A stretch of 64,000 nucleotides of DNA from Thermoanaerobaculia bacterium. Its GTDB lineage: Bacteria > Acidobacteriota > Thermoanaerobaculia > Multivoradales > JAGPDF01. The notes under the pieces are model-generated. The model searched no databases. It had not been told where the DNA came from and saw only the letters and a program-made list of their open reading frames with translations. Numbering within the stretch: position 1 is the first letter of the stretch; every line of letters begins with the position of its first letter. The position numbers and the translations under genes are program-made. Location: assembly GCA_050186295.1 (NCBI GenBank), contig JBFWYP010000004.1, positions 81,773 to 145,772 of the forward strand. The letters are read 5' to 3'. This document shows positions 19,115 to 27,327 of the stretch, in pieces.

Positions 19115-19771
19115 CTAGGGTGAGGCGCCGGGCGCCAAACCTACCGAAACCAAGTAGCGATTGTGCAGTTCCACGAATAGCTTCAGCAACCGCCCAACCT
19201 CGTTCACACAAGACGGTGCGAGAGGGCCGGACCACTCGATTCCAGAGTGCAGAAACCCGTTTCGTGCTTTTGCAACTTCGCCAAGAAATTCCCAGCCCTC
19301 TTCCGCTTCGAGCTCAGCCACTGCTCGATCGAGCGGAACGGCAGTGAGGGTCTGAAACAACTCGGCCATTCGGCGCCGTCCTCGAGCCTTGTCGAATAGA
19401 TCCCGCTGTTCCTCGTTGGCGAGACCTTTGCGCACCATTAGCCTCTTTAGGAGGTGGCGCAGCAACGCTTCCTGAAGGGCACAGAAATAGTTAACAGTCG
19501 CTAGTTCCGCGCCCTTGTTTGCCCAAGGCGGCGCCCCTCCAATGGAGAGTGCCAGCCATCGTTGCTGTTGCATGAGATCCACTAAAGAAAGCACCTGCAT
19601 CGGGAAGTAGGCGCGCGACACAACATTCTCAACACCGCATGCCGGGCAAGGCCATGGCACCGCTGCTCCAAACCGGCCCACGACATCGCACTGGTGGCAG
19701 ATGATGTAGCCACCGAGGACCGCTGAAAGGGGTTGGAGCGGATCGATGTCGTAGAGTTGAAGCTGGGCCAT
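19115..19771 (-). CDS. Zinc-ribbon protein with a HEPN-like RNxxxH motif (candidate RNase effector)
   Basis: CHQC-x16-CPAC zinc ribbon (aa 25-45). The rest is alpha-helical. KARNGFLHSG (R170, N171, H175) fits the HEPN Rx4-6H / RNxxxH signature. GC is lower than in flanking DNA. Confidence 0.6.
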   Translation of the reverse strand: MAQLQLYDIDPLQPLSAVLGGYIICHQCDVVGRFGAAVPWPCPACGVENVVSRAYFPMQVLSLVDLMQQQRWLALSIGGAPPWANKGAELATVNYFCALQEALLRHLLKRLMVRKGLANEEQRDLFDKARGRRRMAELFQTLTAVPLDRAVAELEAEEGWEFLGEVAKARNGFLHSGIEWSGPLAPSCVNEVGRLLKLFVELHNRYLVSVGLAPGASP

Positions 19772-19828
19772 GAACCCGCGTTCAAGCCTGCGTCACTTTC
19801 CAAATCACTCCTAGCTCTCTCGCGACCA

Positions 19829-22624
19829 TCAACTTTGGCTCCTCAGTGTCCTGTAGAGCTCCTCAGCACCTTCGATCCTTCGCATCCGTTCAAGCAGTCG
19901 AAAGGATTCCGACCTGAAACCGGCTGATGAGAGCCTTCTCACCGTCTCTAGCAAGTGGCCATCCAGATCGAAGTCGGGCTCACTGGCGTCCAACGCGAGG
20001 CTGAGCAGGACAAGAACCTCATGCGGGTTCAAGTCCGCTAGCCGTACAAACTCTTCGGCCACTTCATAAAAGTCGACGCCTTTCGCCACTTCTGGAATCA
20101 CTCTCCTCAGCCAGTCCATTGCCTCGTCATCAAGCCGCTCGACGAAGCAGATAAGACGACCAAGGGCTCTCTTCAGTTCAGCCAGACTTCCGGCACCCTC
20201 ATCGCGCAACTCCAGAGTCCGCCGGACGAAGCTGAGGATCTTTGCCACCTGCGTCGCCTCTAGACCTTGCCGCTCAAGTGCCCAATAAAGGTGAGCCACA
20301 ACGACAAGATCCTCCTCACGGCCACTTCCCACGAGAAAGGTCAGGTTCTCGCCGTCGAGCTCCTCCTCCCCCCAGAGATAGCCCAAGCCAACAGACTCCA
20401 CTAGCCGCTCTCGGGCCTGGCGGCCTCTCGGGGGGTGCCTCAGGCCATCGAGAATGACCCCACCGTCGCGAAGAGCACGATAGACGGCACGGGATGTCGC
20501 CGCGTACGCCAATCCGTCCAAGGCGCTCTCCCTCGTCAAACGCCCCTCGAGGGAGAAAACACCCAGAGCCCTTGATCGCACCCACTCGTCGTCTAGATAG
20601 TAGAAGTTTGAAAGCCGCGAGCCGAGCAAAGTTGAGAACTCGAAATTTCCATCCGTGCACCGATCCAACTCACGATCAAAGATCGGCCGAACACGGCTCC
20701 AGGCTGTCGAATGCCCCGCCTTGGCTAGATCAGCCTCGCGACAGCTTCGTAGGGTCAGGCCAATCAGTGACTCAATGACCTTCCCGCGAGTACTGTTGAT
20801 CGCCTGATGCATTGGGTCATCGTCGAGGGTATCGGCAGGCTTCAGGCGATCAAGTAGCGCAGTTGTGATTTCGATCGCAACCTCAAGCAAAGAAGCCGGA
20901 ATCCCTCGGAGCTCGTCACGCGCTCCGGCGGCTAGCGCCTTCATAGCAGCGCTCGAAACGGCCTCTGGCTCCCCCTTCCATGAGAGCACTTCCCTAGTTG
21001 CCCAAGACTCATCGGTAAGCAAGAACTTACGCACGCCGTTGATCAGCTGCTTCCAGAGTTCCGCAGTATCAATGGCTATCTCGGCAACAGAATTCTTTGA
21101 CCAGAGCCTGCTCACGGCCATTAGGAATGCATAAAAGTATTCCGGCCGCGCCTCTAGATAGATAGCCGGGGCGCGAAGGAATTCTTCCGGTGACTCCACA
21201 ATCGCTTCCTCAAACTCTTGAATCAACGCGTCGACGGGGGATCCATTCCACGTCTCATCGCCTCGCATCGCGTTGATCTGCGAAATCAAGGTACCCTCGA
21301 TCGCCATGGCCTTTAGAGCGCCACGTGACAGCGGAGAGGGGCCCGGCCCCCACCTGGTCTCGTGGTAGATCTGGAAGTCGGGGTGCTCGGATGATGGCAA
21401 TGCCCCGGCCGCATTCGCCTTGGCGAGAACCTCTTCAACCCAAGCAAGCCCTTTCCCCTCCAAAGCCCGGAGCCACTTCGCCGTTCGAAATAGAAACTCC
21501 CTCTCGTCATCAGGGTTTGCTCGGGCAACCTCTTCAATCGCAGAGCGCGTTAGCTCCTTCTGCTCTTCACTGAACTCGGCCCATCGTTGCGCAACCAACT
21601 CATAGGTCTCGTGAAACAGATCGACCGCAAAGTGTGCGGTGTTCGGATGAAATGCGGACGCGAGCCCAGCCCATCTCTCTTTTAGGACGTAAAGGCCAAT
21701 CCTGCGAAGAATCTGCGAATCGCTTCGCAAAAGGCCCTCGACAAACTCTCGCGCTCCAGCCTGGCCCGAATCAATCCACTCAAGCGTTGAATCACGAAGC
21801 GCTTCGACAAACCCGTTTGCGACAGCCTCCCAGCTGTGATTCTGATCGTGGTCGCCGATCGATGGTCGAATAGAGCAGCTGAGTTGCTGACCGAGAGATG
21901 TTCCAAAGACCTGGCGGATTCGATCCGAAAGGAGTGCCGTCGCGTCCGCTCCCATTTCCCGGCCGAAAGTTTTTGCGTGGTCCAGCAGAAGCTTTCTTAG
22001 CCAGTACGCTTCGACAGCCGGAACGGCGCGCCCCTGGTCAAGGTCGTCGCTCGCCGGTTCCCGAACTGAAAGAGCGGTCAGGTGCCCGAATACCCGAAGT
22101 GCTAACACTTTGCATCGCGGCTCCTCGCTTCCAAGGAGATTTGAGAGAAGACCCTTGGAAACTGCCTCTGAGACAAGCGCACCTTCGAACCTTCCGGCGA
22201 GCCAAATTGGCAGGAGATCCACGGTCTCTTCACGGATGAGCGAAACCGGAACCGCGCCCAAGATTTCCGCAAAGATCCGATTGGTGTGGTAGTTATCCCG
22301 CTGCTGGGATCCCGACCCCAGACTAACTTCACGCACTACTTCGAGCACCTGCGCTCCGAGCTCGAGATCAGGCTTGGAGCTGGACCGCCTAGCGACCGCA
22401 AGGAGATATCTGAGTACAGGCCAGAAGGGAATTCGGTAGTAGCCCCTGTTCGCCTCGTCTTCCACCGGCACTGGATTCTCGCCAGCGGAAAAGAATCCCT
22501 CCTGCAGCAGGTCTTCGAAATGCTTCTCGGGCTTCTCCCGAGCCGCGAGCTCCTCAAATCCGAACGAGGCGAGCTCTCTGCTCGCTCGCAGCTTTCGCAT
22601 GAAGGCCTCGAAGTTCGCACTCAC
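19829..22624 (-). CDS. Large (931 aa) alpha-helical protein without recognisable catalytic motifs; candidate sensor partner of the SIR2 protein
   Basis: Single long protein-like ORF in a reduced-GC region. No Walker A/B, HxH, DxD or nuclease motifs were seen. Its start overlaps the SIR2 stop (ATGA at 22621-22624). Confidence 0.7.
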   Translation of the reverse strand: MSANFEAFMRKLRASRELASFGFEELAAREKPEKHFEDLLQEGFFSAGENPVPVEDEANRGYYRIPFWPVLRYLLAVARRSSSKPDLELGAQVLEVVREVSLGSGSQQRDNYHTNRIFAEILGAVPVSLIREETVDLLPIWLAGRFEGALVSEAVSKGLLSNLLGSEEPRCKVLALRVFGHLTALSVREPASDDLDQGRAVPAVEAYWLRKLLLDHAKTFGREMGADATALLSDRIRQVFGTSLGQQLSCSIRPSIGDHDQNHSWEAVANGFVEALRDSTLEWIDSGQAGAREFVEGLLRSDSQILRRIGLYVLKERWAGLASAFHPNTAHFAVDLFHETYELVAQRWAEFSEEQKELTRSAIEEVARANPDDEREFLFRTAKWLRALEGKGLAWVEEVLAKANAAGALPSSEHPDFQIYHETRWGPGPSPLSRGALKAMAIEGTLISQINAMRGDETWNGSPVDALIQEFEEAIVESPEEFLRAPAIYLEARPEYFYAFLMAVSRLWSKNSVAEIAIDTAELWKQLINGVRKFLLTDESWATREVLSWKGEPEAVSSAAMKALAAGARDELRGIPASLLEVAIEITTALLDRLKPADTLDDDPMHQAINSTRGKVIESLIGLTLRSCREADLAKAGHSTAWSRVRPIFDRELDRCTDGNFEFSTLLGSRLSNFYYLDDEWVRSRALGVFSLEGRLTRESALDGLAYAATSRAVYRALRDGGVILDGLRHPPRGRQARERLVESVGLGYLWGEEELDGENLTFLVGSGREEDLVVVAHLYWALERQGLEATQVAKILSFVRRTLELRDEGAGSLAELKRALGRLICFVERLDDEAMDWLRRVIPEVAKGVDFYEVAEEFVRLADLNPHEVLVLLSLALDASEPDFDLDGHLLETVRRLSSAGFRSESFRLLERMRRIEGAEELYRTLRSQS

Positions 22625-23625
22625 GGCTCGGCCTCAAGTAGAGCTCTCATCTCGAGCTTTTCCTGCATTACAAGGGGCGTTGCTGCCGGAATTTCCTTGG
22701 CAAACGCCTCCAGCACGTCAATAAGCTGATCGTAACCTCGCCCATCTAGCGCAAACGGAACTAGTTCGATTCCACACTCCTCGCGGTAGTAAGTTCTAAG
22801 CCTTCGCATCATCGCTAGTTCATGCGTGAAATATCCCTGAAGCATGTAGTGCCGCTGAGCTCTTCCAGCCTCTGACCTGTGCCTCGCCTTCTGAACAACG
22901 TACTCGAGAACCTCAAGTTCGTCGAAGCCGTAGCCAACAAACAACACACTGTACTGACTAAAGAGATGCTCCAAGAATGTCAAGATGCGATTCTCATCCT
23001 GACTCGTTCGAACGAACCTATCGTTTGCGTAGTGATCCAAGTAGTCCCGCGTGGTGAGAACCATCTCTTCAGGGAACTCAATCGAACCGTGAAGGTGAAC
23101 GACGGTATCCGGCTGTCTCAGGTCGTCTGGGAGTATCAGGCTCGGTTTGCTCACCATCCTGCGCTTTAGCCGTTGCGGAGCGCTATTCATCGCCGCTTCA
23201 GGCTCGAAGTCGCCCCGATACTCGCGGTCCTCGTCTAGCCACCGATCGTAGTTCGTCGTGACGAAATTCCTCGACAGTCGCGACAGGGCGCGATAGAGCC
23301 GAATACCCTTCTCGTTCTTCTCCCAATCCTTCGGATGGAGTATTGCCTGGAAATCGATTGGCGTGCTGTGTTCCCGCGCCAGTGCGGTGGCAATCGCCAG
23401 TTTGATCTTGGCACCCTTGCGTTTGAGAAGTTCGACTTCAGCGTGATTCAGCTTTCCTCTTTCAACGAAGAATTGTAAGCACCTGTCGGCAAAACCGCTC
23501 CAATCTGGGCATCCAGCGAGCCGCGATGCGCCCGCACCTACGAAAGGCCTAAGGTAACCGATGGCTGCGGCCTCGCGAAGGCCTTCGGGGATCGCTGGTA
23601 TCGCTTGAATATCTGCCAGAGACAT
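22621..23625 (-). CDS. SIR2-like (SIR2_2/DHS-like NAD-binding) domain protein, defence-type NADase candidate
   Basis: MSLADIQAIP...LRPFVGAGASRLAGCPDWSGF (the GAGxS loop), VTTNYDRWLDE (the TTNYD motif) and VVHLHGSIE (the catalytic His motif). It is 334 aa with no deacetylase Zn module. Confidence 0.8.
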   Translation of the reverse strand: MSLADIQAIPAIPEGLREAAAIGYLRPFVGAGASRLAGCPDWSGFADRCLQFFVERGKLNHAEVELLKRKGAKIKLAIATALAREHSTPIDFQAILHPKDWEKNEKGIRLYRALSRLSRNFVTTNYDRWLDEDREYRGDFEPEAAMNSAPQRLKRRMVSKPSLILPDDLRQPDTVVHLHGSIEFPEEMVLTTRDYLDHYANDRFVRTSQDENRILTFLEHLFSQYSVLFVGYGFDELEVLEYVVQKARHRSEAGRAQRHYMLQGYFTHELAMMRRLRTYYREECGIELVPFALDGRGYDQLIDVLEAFAKEIPAATPLVMQEKLEMRALLEAEP

Positions 23626-23780
23626 CGGACCCGAACCTAGACCTGGACTCTGAAGCTCTTCATCACCTCACCCTCCAGCTGATTGATTACCCTCACCGCA
23701 ATCTCCCCCGACTTCGCTTTCTCGAACAGCCTTGAAGTGTCACTACGGTACGTCGCCCAAGCCTCGTCGTCGAAATCGGC

Positions 23781-24287
23781 TCAGAGCGTCGTCTTGAGCG
23801 CCTTGCAGGGCACGTTGGCGCCGAGGAAACAGTTGTTGCGAGCGAAGATCTCTCCTTCGGTATAGTCGGAGTCAATGGCCCAGCGGGCGACGCCGACGAC
23901 GTCGCCGCAGCGGATCTCGCCAGTCTTGGGGCCGAAGATGTCGGCGCCCTTGACCTTGACGCGATTCTGAGCGCTTTGACCCTGAACAGTCTCGGAACCG
24001 GGTTCGCGGAAATTGACAAAGTAACTGCCGCTGTTCCGCGCCTCCAATTTGTGAACCAGCCGTACTCTCACAAGCCTGTGGTTCCCATCCTCCACGCGGT
24101 TGTCGACCGCCGTATTCCGAGCCGGGCACGTCACCGCGTTAGTCGGCCGGCAGGTGTGCCAACGCCACTCGCGTGGTGCCTGCGCTCGCAATTCGGATCC
24201 CGCGTCAGTCACGCTAGGTTCTCCAGATATTCCAAGACACAGATTAGGTGCGCGGAGCACCGAAGAATCTATCGTGCAGTCCATCAA
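23781..24287 (-). CDS. Possible small orphan ORF or gene remnant in the 740-nt spacer between the two defence modules; start uncertain (track TTG at 24287 or internal GTG near 24071)
   Basis: The C-terminal about 95 aa are protein-like (…YFVNFREPGSETVQGQSAQNRVKVKGADIFGPKTGEIRCGDVVGVARWAIDSDYTEGEIFARNNCFLGANVPCKALKTTL). No family was recognised and the N-terminal part is weak. Confidence 0.25.
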   Translation of the reverse strand: MMDCTIDSSVLRAPNLCLGISGEPSVTDAGSELRAQAPREWRWHTCRPTNAVTCPARNTAVDNRVEDGNHRLVRVRLVHKLEARNSGSYFVNFREPGSETVQGQSAQNRVKVKGADIFGPKTGEIRCGDVVGVARWAIDSDYTEGEIFARNNCFLGANVPCKALKTTL

Positions 24288-24365
24288 GTTGGCCTCCCAA
24301 AGCGAGGTCCGACGAGCTCCCCGCTCGAGTCTCTCACTTCGGCAAGTGTGCCCTCCAGAACGCCT

Positions 24366-26828
24366 TCAAATTCCCACAACGGCGACGAATTCCCCGACAA
24401 CTCGCACTACTTCGGGCGCTTCCGGCTCCAACACGATTGCCTCGTACCCACCCCGGTCGCTGTCGGGACTGAGAACGATCCGCTCGTGCTGCCAACTCCC
24501 GTCTTCGGCTGCCCCCTTGTCGCTCCTGTAGAGCTTCACCGTGTAGCGGCCCCCGGACTCCGGGTCGGATCCTTCGCGTAGCTCGACCAAGACCACCTTC
24601 CCGGCCCTCGAGCCCGCTGGCGCTTCGCGGAACAGGCACCAGGAGCCGTTCGGGATCCGCCGGTTCATCGACTCGCCGACCACCTGGATCAGGAATCTCC
24701 CGGGGCGGGCTGGGAAATCTTCCGGAAGTGCGACCCAATCGATAGCTTCTGACACCTCGCCGTCCTCCGCCGCCTGAATCAGGGCCTGGAACTCGCTGAA
24801 GCCGCCTGCCGCTGCGCGCAGGTCGAAAACCGGGATGGCGTTCTCGAAAGGCCGAAGCGCTTCGGCAGCCACTCGCTCGAACGGGAGCGAGCGGGCGGGC
24901 CGGCTCTCGGGGGGTGAGGTTGCCTCCGCTTCGTCGGCGCGGCCGGGAAATGCGAGCGGAGTACCGATCCGGCTGCGAAAGAAGCGCTCGGTGTCTTTGT
25001 CCTCGAAGTAGACGAAGCAGCCCTTGAGGCCACGCGAGAGAAGGACTCGGTAGGTGTTCTTCACCAGGGCCAGGAATTCACCCTTCGCTCGCTTGACCTT
25101 GGTGTCCTGCGACACTTCCGGATGCCCCTCCCACACCTGTCGGTCGAGGTCATAGGTCAAGTCTTTCCCGAAGATGACGCCGACAAAGTCGAACTCGAAT
25201 CCCTGCGCCGTATAGACACAGCCGATCTGGAAAAGACCTCCTGGATCGTGCGCCCAGAGATTGGACTTGGGGATACCTGGGGCGAGCTTCCCGGCGTCGG
25301 GCCTGGCATTCCATGGCCGCGCGAATCCGTCGATGGTGACATCGTTCTCGAGCTGGCCGTTCTTGTCCGGTTTCGACCAAGGCCAACAGAATCCGGCAGT
25401 GAGGCGCGCCGTTGCTCCGGCCTGCACTTTCGAACGAATCAGCTGATCGAGCTCCTCGGGGCTCTCGCAGATGCCGAACTCGAAGCCTTCCTCGGTCTGC
25501 AGGATGCTGCTCGGCGTCTTTTCGATTCCGAGCGTGTTGTTGACCCACTCGACGAACTGGTCGGAGCCGGCGCAGCGGAACTGTGCGTGCAGCTCATACT
25601 CGAGCACGCGGCAACCCAGTGACGCGGCACTGGAGCGGATGTAGTCCGTAGAGCCGATCTCTCCAGGCCGCACGACCTGGCGATCGTCCACGAAGTAGAC
25701 GCTCACCTTGGAGGCATGGATCAGCTCCTCGACCTGCGGTAGGCCGCTGCGCCGACTCTTCGGCGTAAACCGGTCCACGCTCGTCGTCCGGATCCGGTGC
25801 GACTCGTCGCAGATCAGAACGTCGATCTCGTTCGGTTGCGCCTCGACGTAGCTATTGAAGTACTTGAACTGCACCTGGCTCCGCGAGCCGACCATTTTCC
25901 GCAGCGTTTCCGTGAACGCCTTCGAACCGGTCGCATAGTGCGAGTTGAAGCCCTCCGCGAGAAGCGAGCTCATGAGATTGAGCGCGATGACCGACTTCCC
26001 GGTCCCGGGTCCGCCACGAACGATCAGGACGGTCTTCTTCGCGTCGTGGAAGCCGGACTTCGCCAGCGCGAGGACCTTGCTGTGAACGACCAGCTGCTCA
26101 TCCAGGAGGACATACTGCGGCAGGCCCTGAATCACCTTCGCGACGTGGTCCATCAAGCGCTTGCTGGCGCGGTACTTTCCCTCTTCGATGCGCTGCAGGA
26201 CCGGCATCCCGTCCCCGCCACGGAGCCGCTCCGCGAGGAACTGAGAGAGCTCGTCGGAGTGCGACGCAGTGAATGACGGCGCCTCCTGGAGAATCTGCTG
26301 GTAGCGCGGGCGGAAAAGGGTGTCGTCGGCGACCGGGTTGTAGTTGTGCAGAAAGGCGCAGGCGGTCACCCCGACGGGCGACTCTCCTTCGTAGAAGGCG
26401 GTGTGCCCATCCTTCAGATACTGCCTGTAGGCGTTCGCCTGGGCAGATGGGTGCAGAACGTCGCGGATCGCACCGCCGACCCAGGTCTGCACCAGATTCT
26501 CGCCGTCCGACTCCTCACACTGCTCCCACTGCTTGAGCTCGATGATGATCGCCTGGGCCCGGCCCGGCTCGTCGTGCCCGCAAACGAGGCAGTCGAGCCG
26601 CTTCGATGTCAGTGGCAGTTTGTATTCGAGGAGAACGCCGTGGTCGTCGAGCGAGGAGCGCTGGAACGTCAGCGTCAGTGCGCGGAGCGAGTTCTGCCAG
26701 GAAGCGACCTCGCCATCGCCGGGCTTGTATCCGAAGTGGGCGACGAAAGCCTCGACGAGCTTGCCGGCAATCCGGTTCCGTGCCGTGTCCTCGAAGAGCT
26801 GGGTCGTGCTTCCTGAATACAGCCTCAT
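24366..26828 (-). CDS. DUF2075-type nuclease/P-loop NTPase (PD-(D/E)xK N-domain plus SF1-like ATPase) fused to a C-terminal LexA/S24-like peptidase domain
   Basis: N-terminal SWQNSLRAL and ...RLDCLVCGHD...AIIIELKQW (D-ExK). Walker A VRGGPGTGKS (aa 271-279) and Walker B VLICDESHR. The C-terminal 120 aa read ...LRAAAGGF...LIQVVGESMNRRIPNGSWCLFRE...GKVVLVEL...RYTVKLY. This gives a GESM serine nucleophile plus a downstream Lys, with an Ala-Gly about 45 aa upstream. Confidence 0.75.
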   Translation of the reverse strand: MRLYSGSTTQLFEDTARNRIAGKLVEAFVAHFGYKPGDGEVASWQNSLRALTLTFQRSSLDDHGVLLEYKLPLTSKRLDCLVCGHDEPGRAQAIIIELKQWEQCEESDGENLVQTWVGGAIRDVLHPSAQANAYRQYLKDGHTAFYEGESPVGVTACAFLHNYNPVADDTLFRPRYQQILQEAPSFTASHSDELSQFLAERLRGGDGMPVLQRIEEGKYRASKRLMDHVAKVIQGLPQYVLLDEQLVVHSKVLALAKSGFHDAKKTVLIVRGGPGTGKSVIALNLMSSLLAEGFNSHYATGSKAFTETLRKMVGSRSQVQFKYFNSYVEAQPNEIDVLICDESHRIRTTSVDRFTPKSRRSGLPQVEELIHASKVSVYFVDDRQVVRPGEIGSTDYIRSSAASLGCRVLEYELHAQFRCAGSDQFVEWVNNTLGIEKTPSSILQTEEGFEFGICESPEELDQLIRSKVQAGATARLTAGFCWPWSKPDKNGQLENDVTIDGFARPWNARPDAGKLAPGIPKSNLWAHDPGGLFQIGCVYTAQGFEFDFVGVIFGKDLTYDLDRQVWEGHPEVSQDTKVKRAKGEFLALVKNTYRVLLSRGLKGCFVYFEDKDTERFFRSRIGTPLAFPGRADEAEATSPPESRPARSLPFERVAAEALRPFENAIPVFDLRAAAGGFSEFQALIQAAEDGEVSEAIDWVALPEDFPARPGRFLIQVVGESMNRRIPNGSWCLFREAPAGSRAGKVVLVELREGSDPESGGRYTVKLYRSDKGAAEDGSWQHERIVLSPDSDRGGYEAIVLEPEAPEVVRVVGEFVAVVGI

Positions 26829-26831
26829 CGA

Positions 26832-27206
26832 TCAGAGCCGATCGTACTTGCGGTTGCTGCCGCGCGATCTCTCGACCGGATATTTCGACTCGTTGACCAC
26901 CAGCTTGGCGCGCAACGCATTCGCGGGGTCGATCCCGTTCCGCTCACAGAACCGCAGGAGAAAGAAGAGTGTGTCGCCGATCTCGTGTTCGATCGCCAGG
27001 CGATCGTTGGCGTCCGCGAGCCGCTCCTCGACCTCCTCGTCGCTCAGGAAGCGGAACTGCGCGAGGAGCTCGGCCGCTTCGGTGGCAAGCCCGATCGCCA
27101 GATCTTTGGGTGAGTGAAACGGATCCCACTCGCGCGCCTCGCAAAAGGCCTGGACCTCCTTCGCCAGCGCCGCAAGCGTGTCGCTCCTCGCACTGCCCTC
27201 GCTCAT
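26832..27206 (-). CDS. MazG-like nucleotide pyrophosphohydrolase (small all-alpha NTP-PPase)
   Basis: ATG at 27206 with a GGGAG RBS 5 nt upstream. It is preferred over the track TTG at 27311, which would leave only 17 nt to the upstream gene. The 124-aa protein has EAAELLAQF...EEExxE...EIGDTLFFLLRF motifs. Its stop lies 3 nt before the start of the downstream DUF2075 gene. Confidence 0.7.
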   Translation of the reverse strand: MSEGSARSDTLAALAKEVQAFCEAREWDPFHSPKDLAIGLATEAAELLAQFRFLSDEEVEERLADANDRLAIEHEIGDTLFFLLRFCERNGIDPANALRAKLVVNESKYPVERSRGSNRKYDRL

Positions 27207-27327
27207 GCGACTCCCATCGAAGTGAATTGCTGGCGGCACTCTACCGAACCGATCCGCCAGGGCCTTCGCCTCCTCACCCGTATCAACGAACAACTCCCCC
27301 AAACCGGTCAAATCGGGCGGAGTTTTC

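Noticed and set aside
23976-24581. 201-aa plus-strand ORF in the spacer between the defence modules
   Set aside because: The translation is compositionally odd (SRARHRVSRPAGVPTPLAWCLRSQ...) and overlaps the 3' end of the DUF2075-S24 gene in antisense.
26832-27311. Track start (TTG at 27311) for the MazG-like gene
   Set aside because: It would leave only 17 nt to the CPBP gene stop and adds a non-conserved 35-aa extension. The ATG at 27206 has a GGGAG RBS at ideal spacing and gives a typical 124-aa MazG-like protein.
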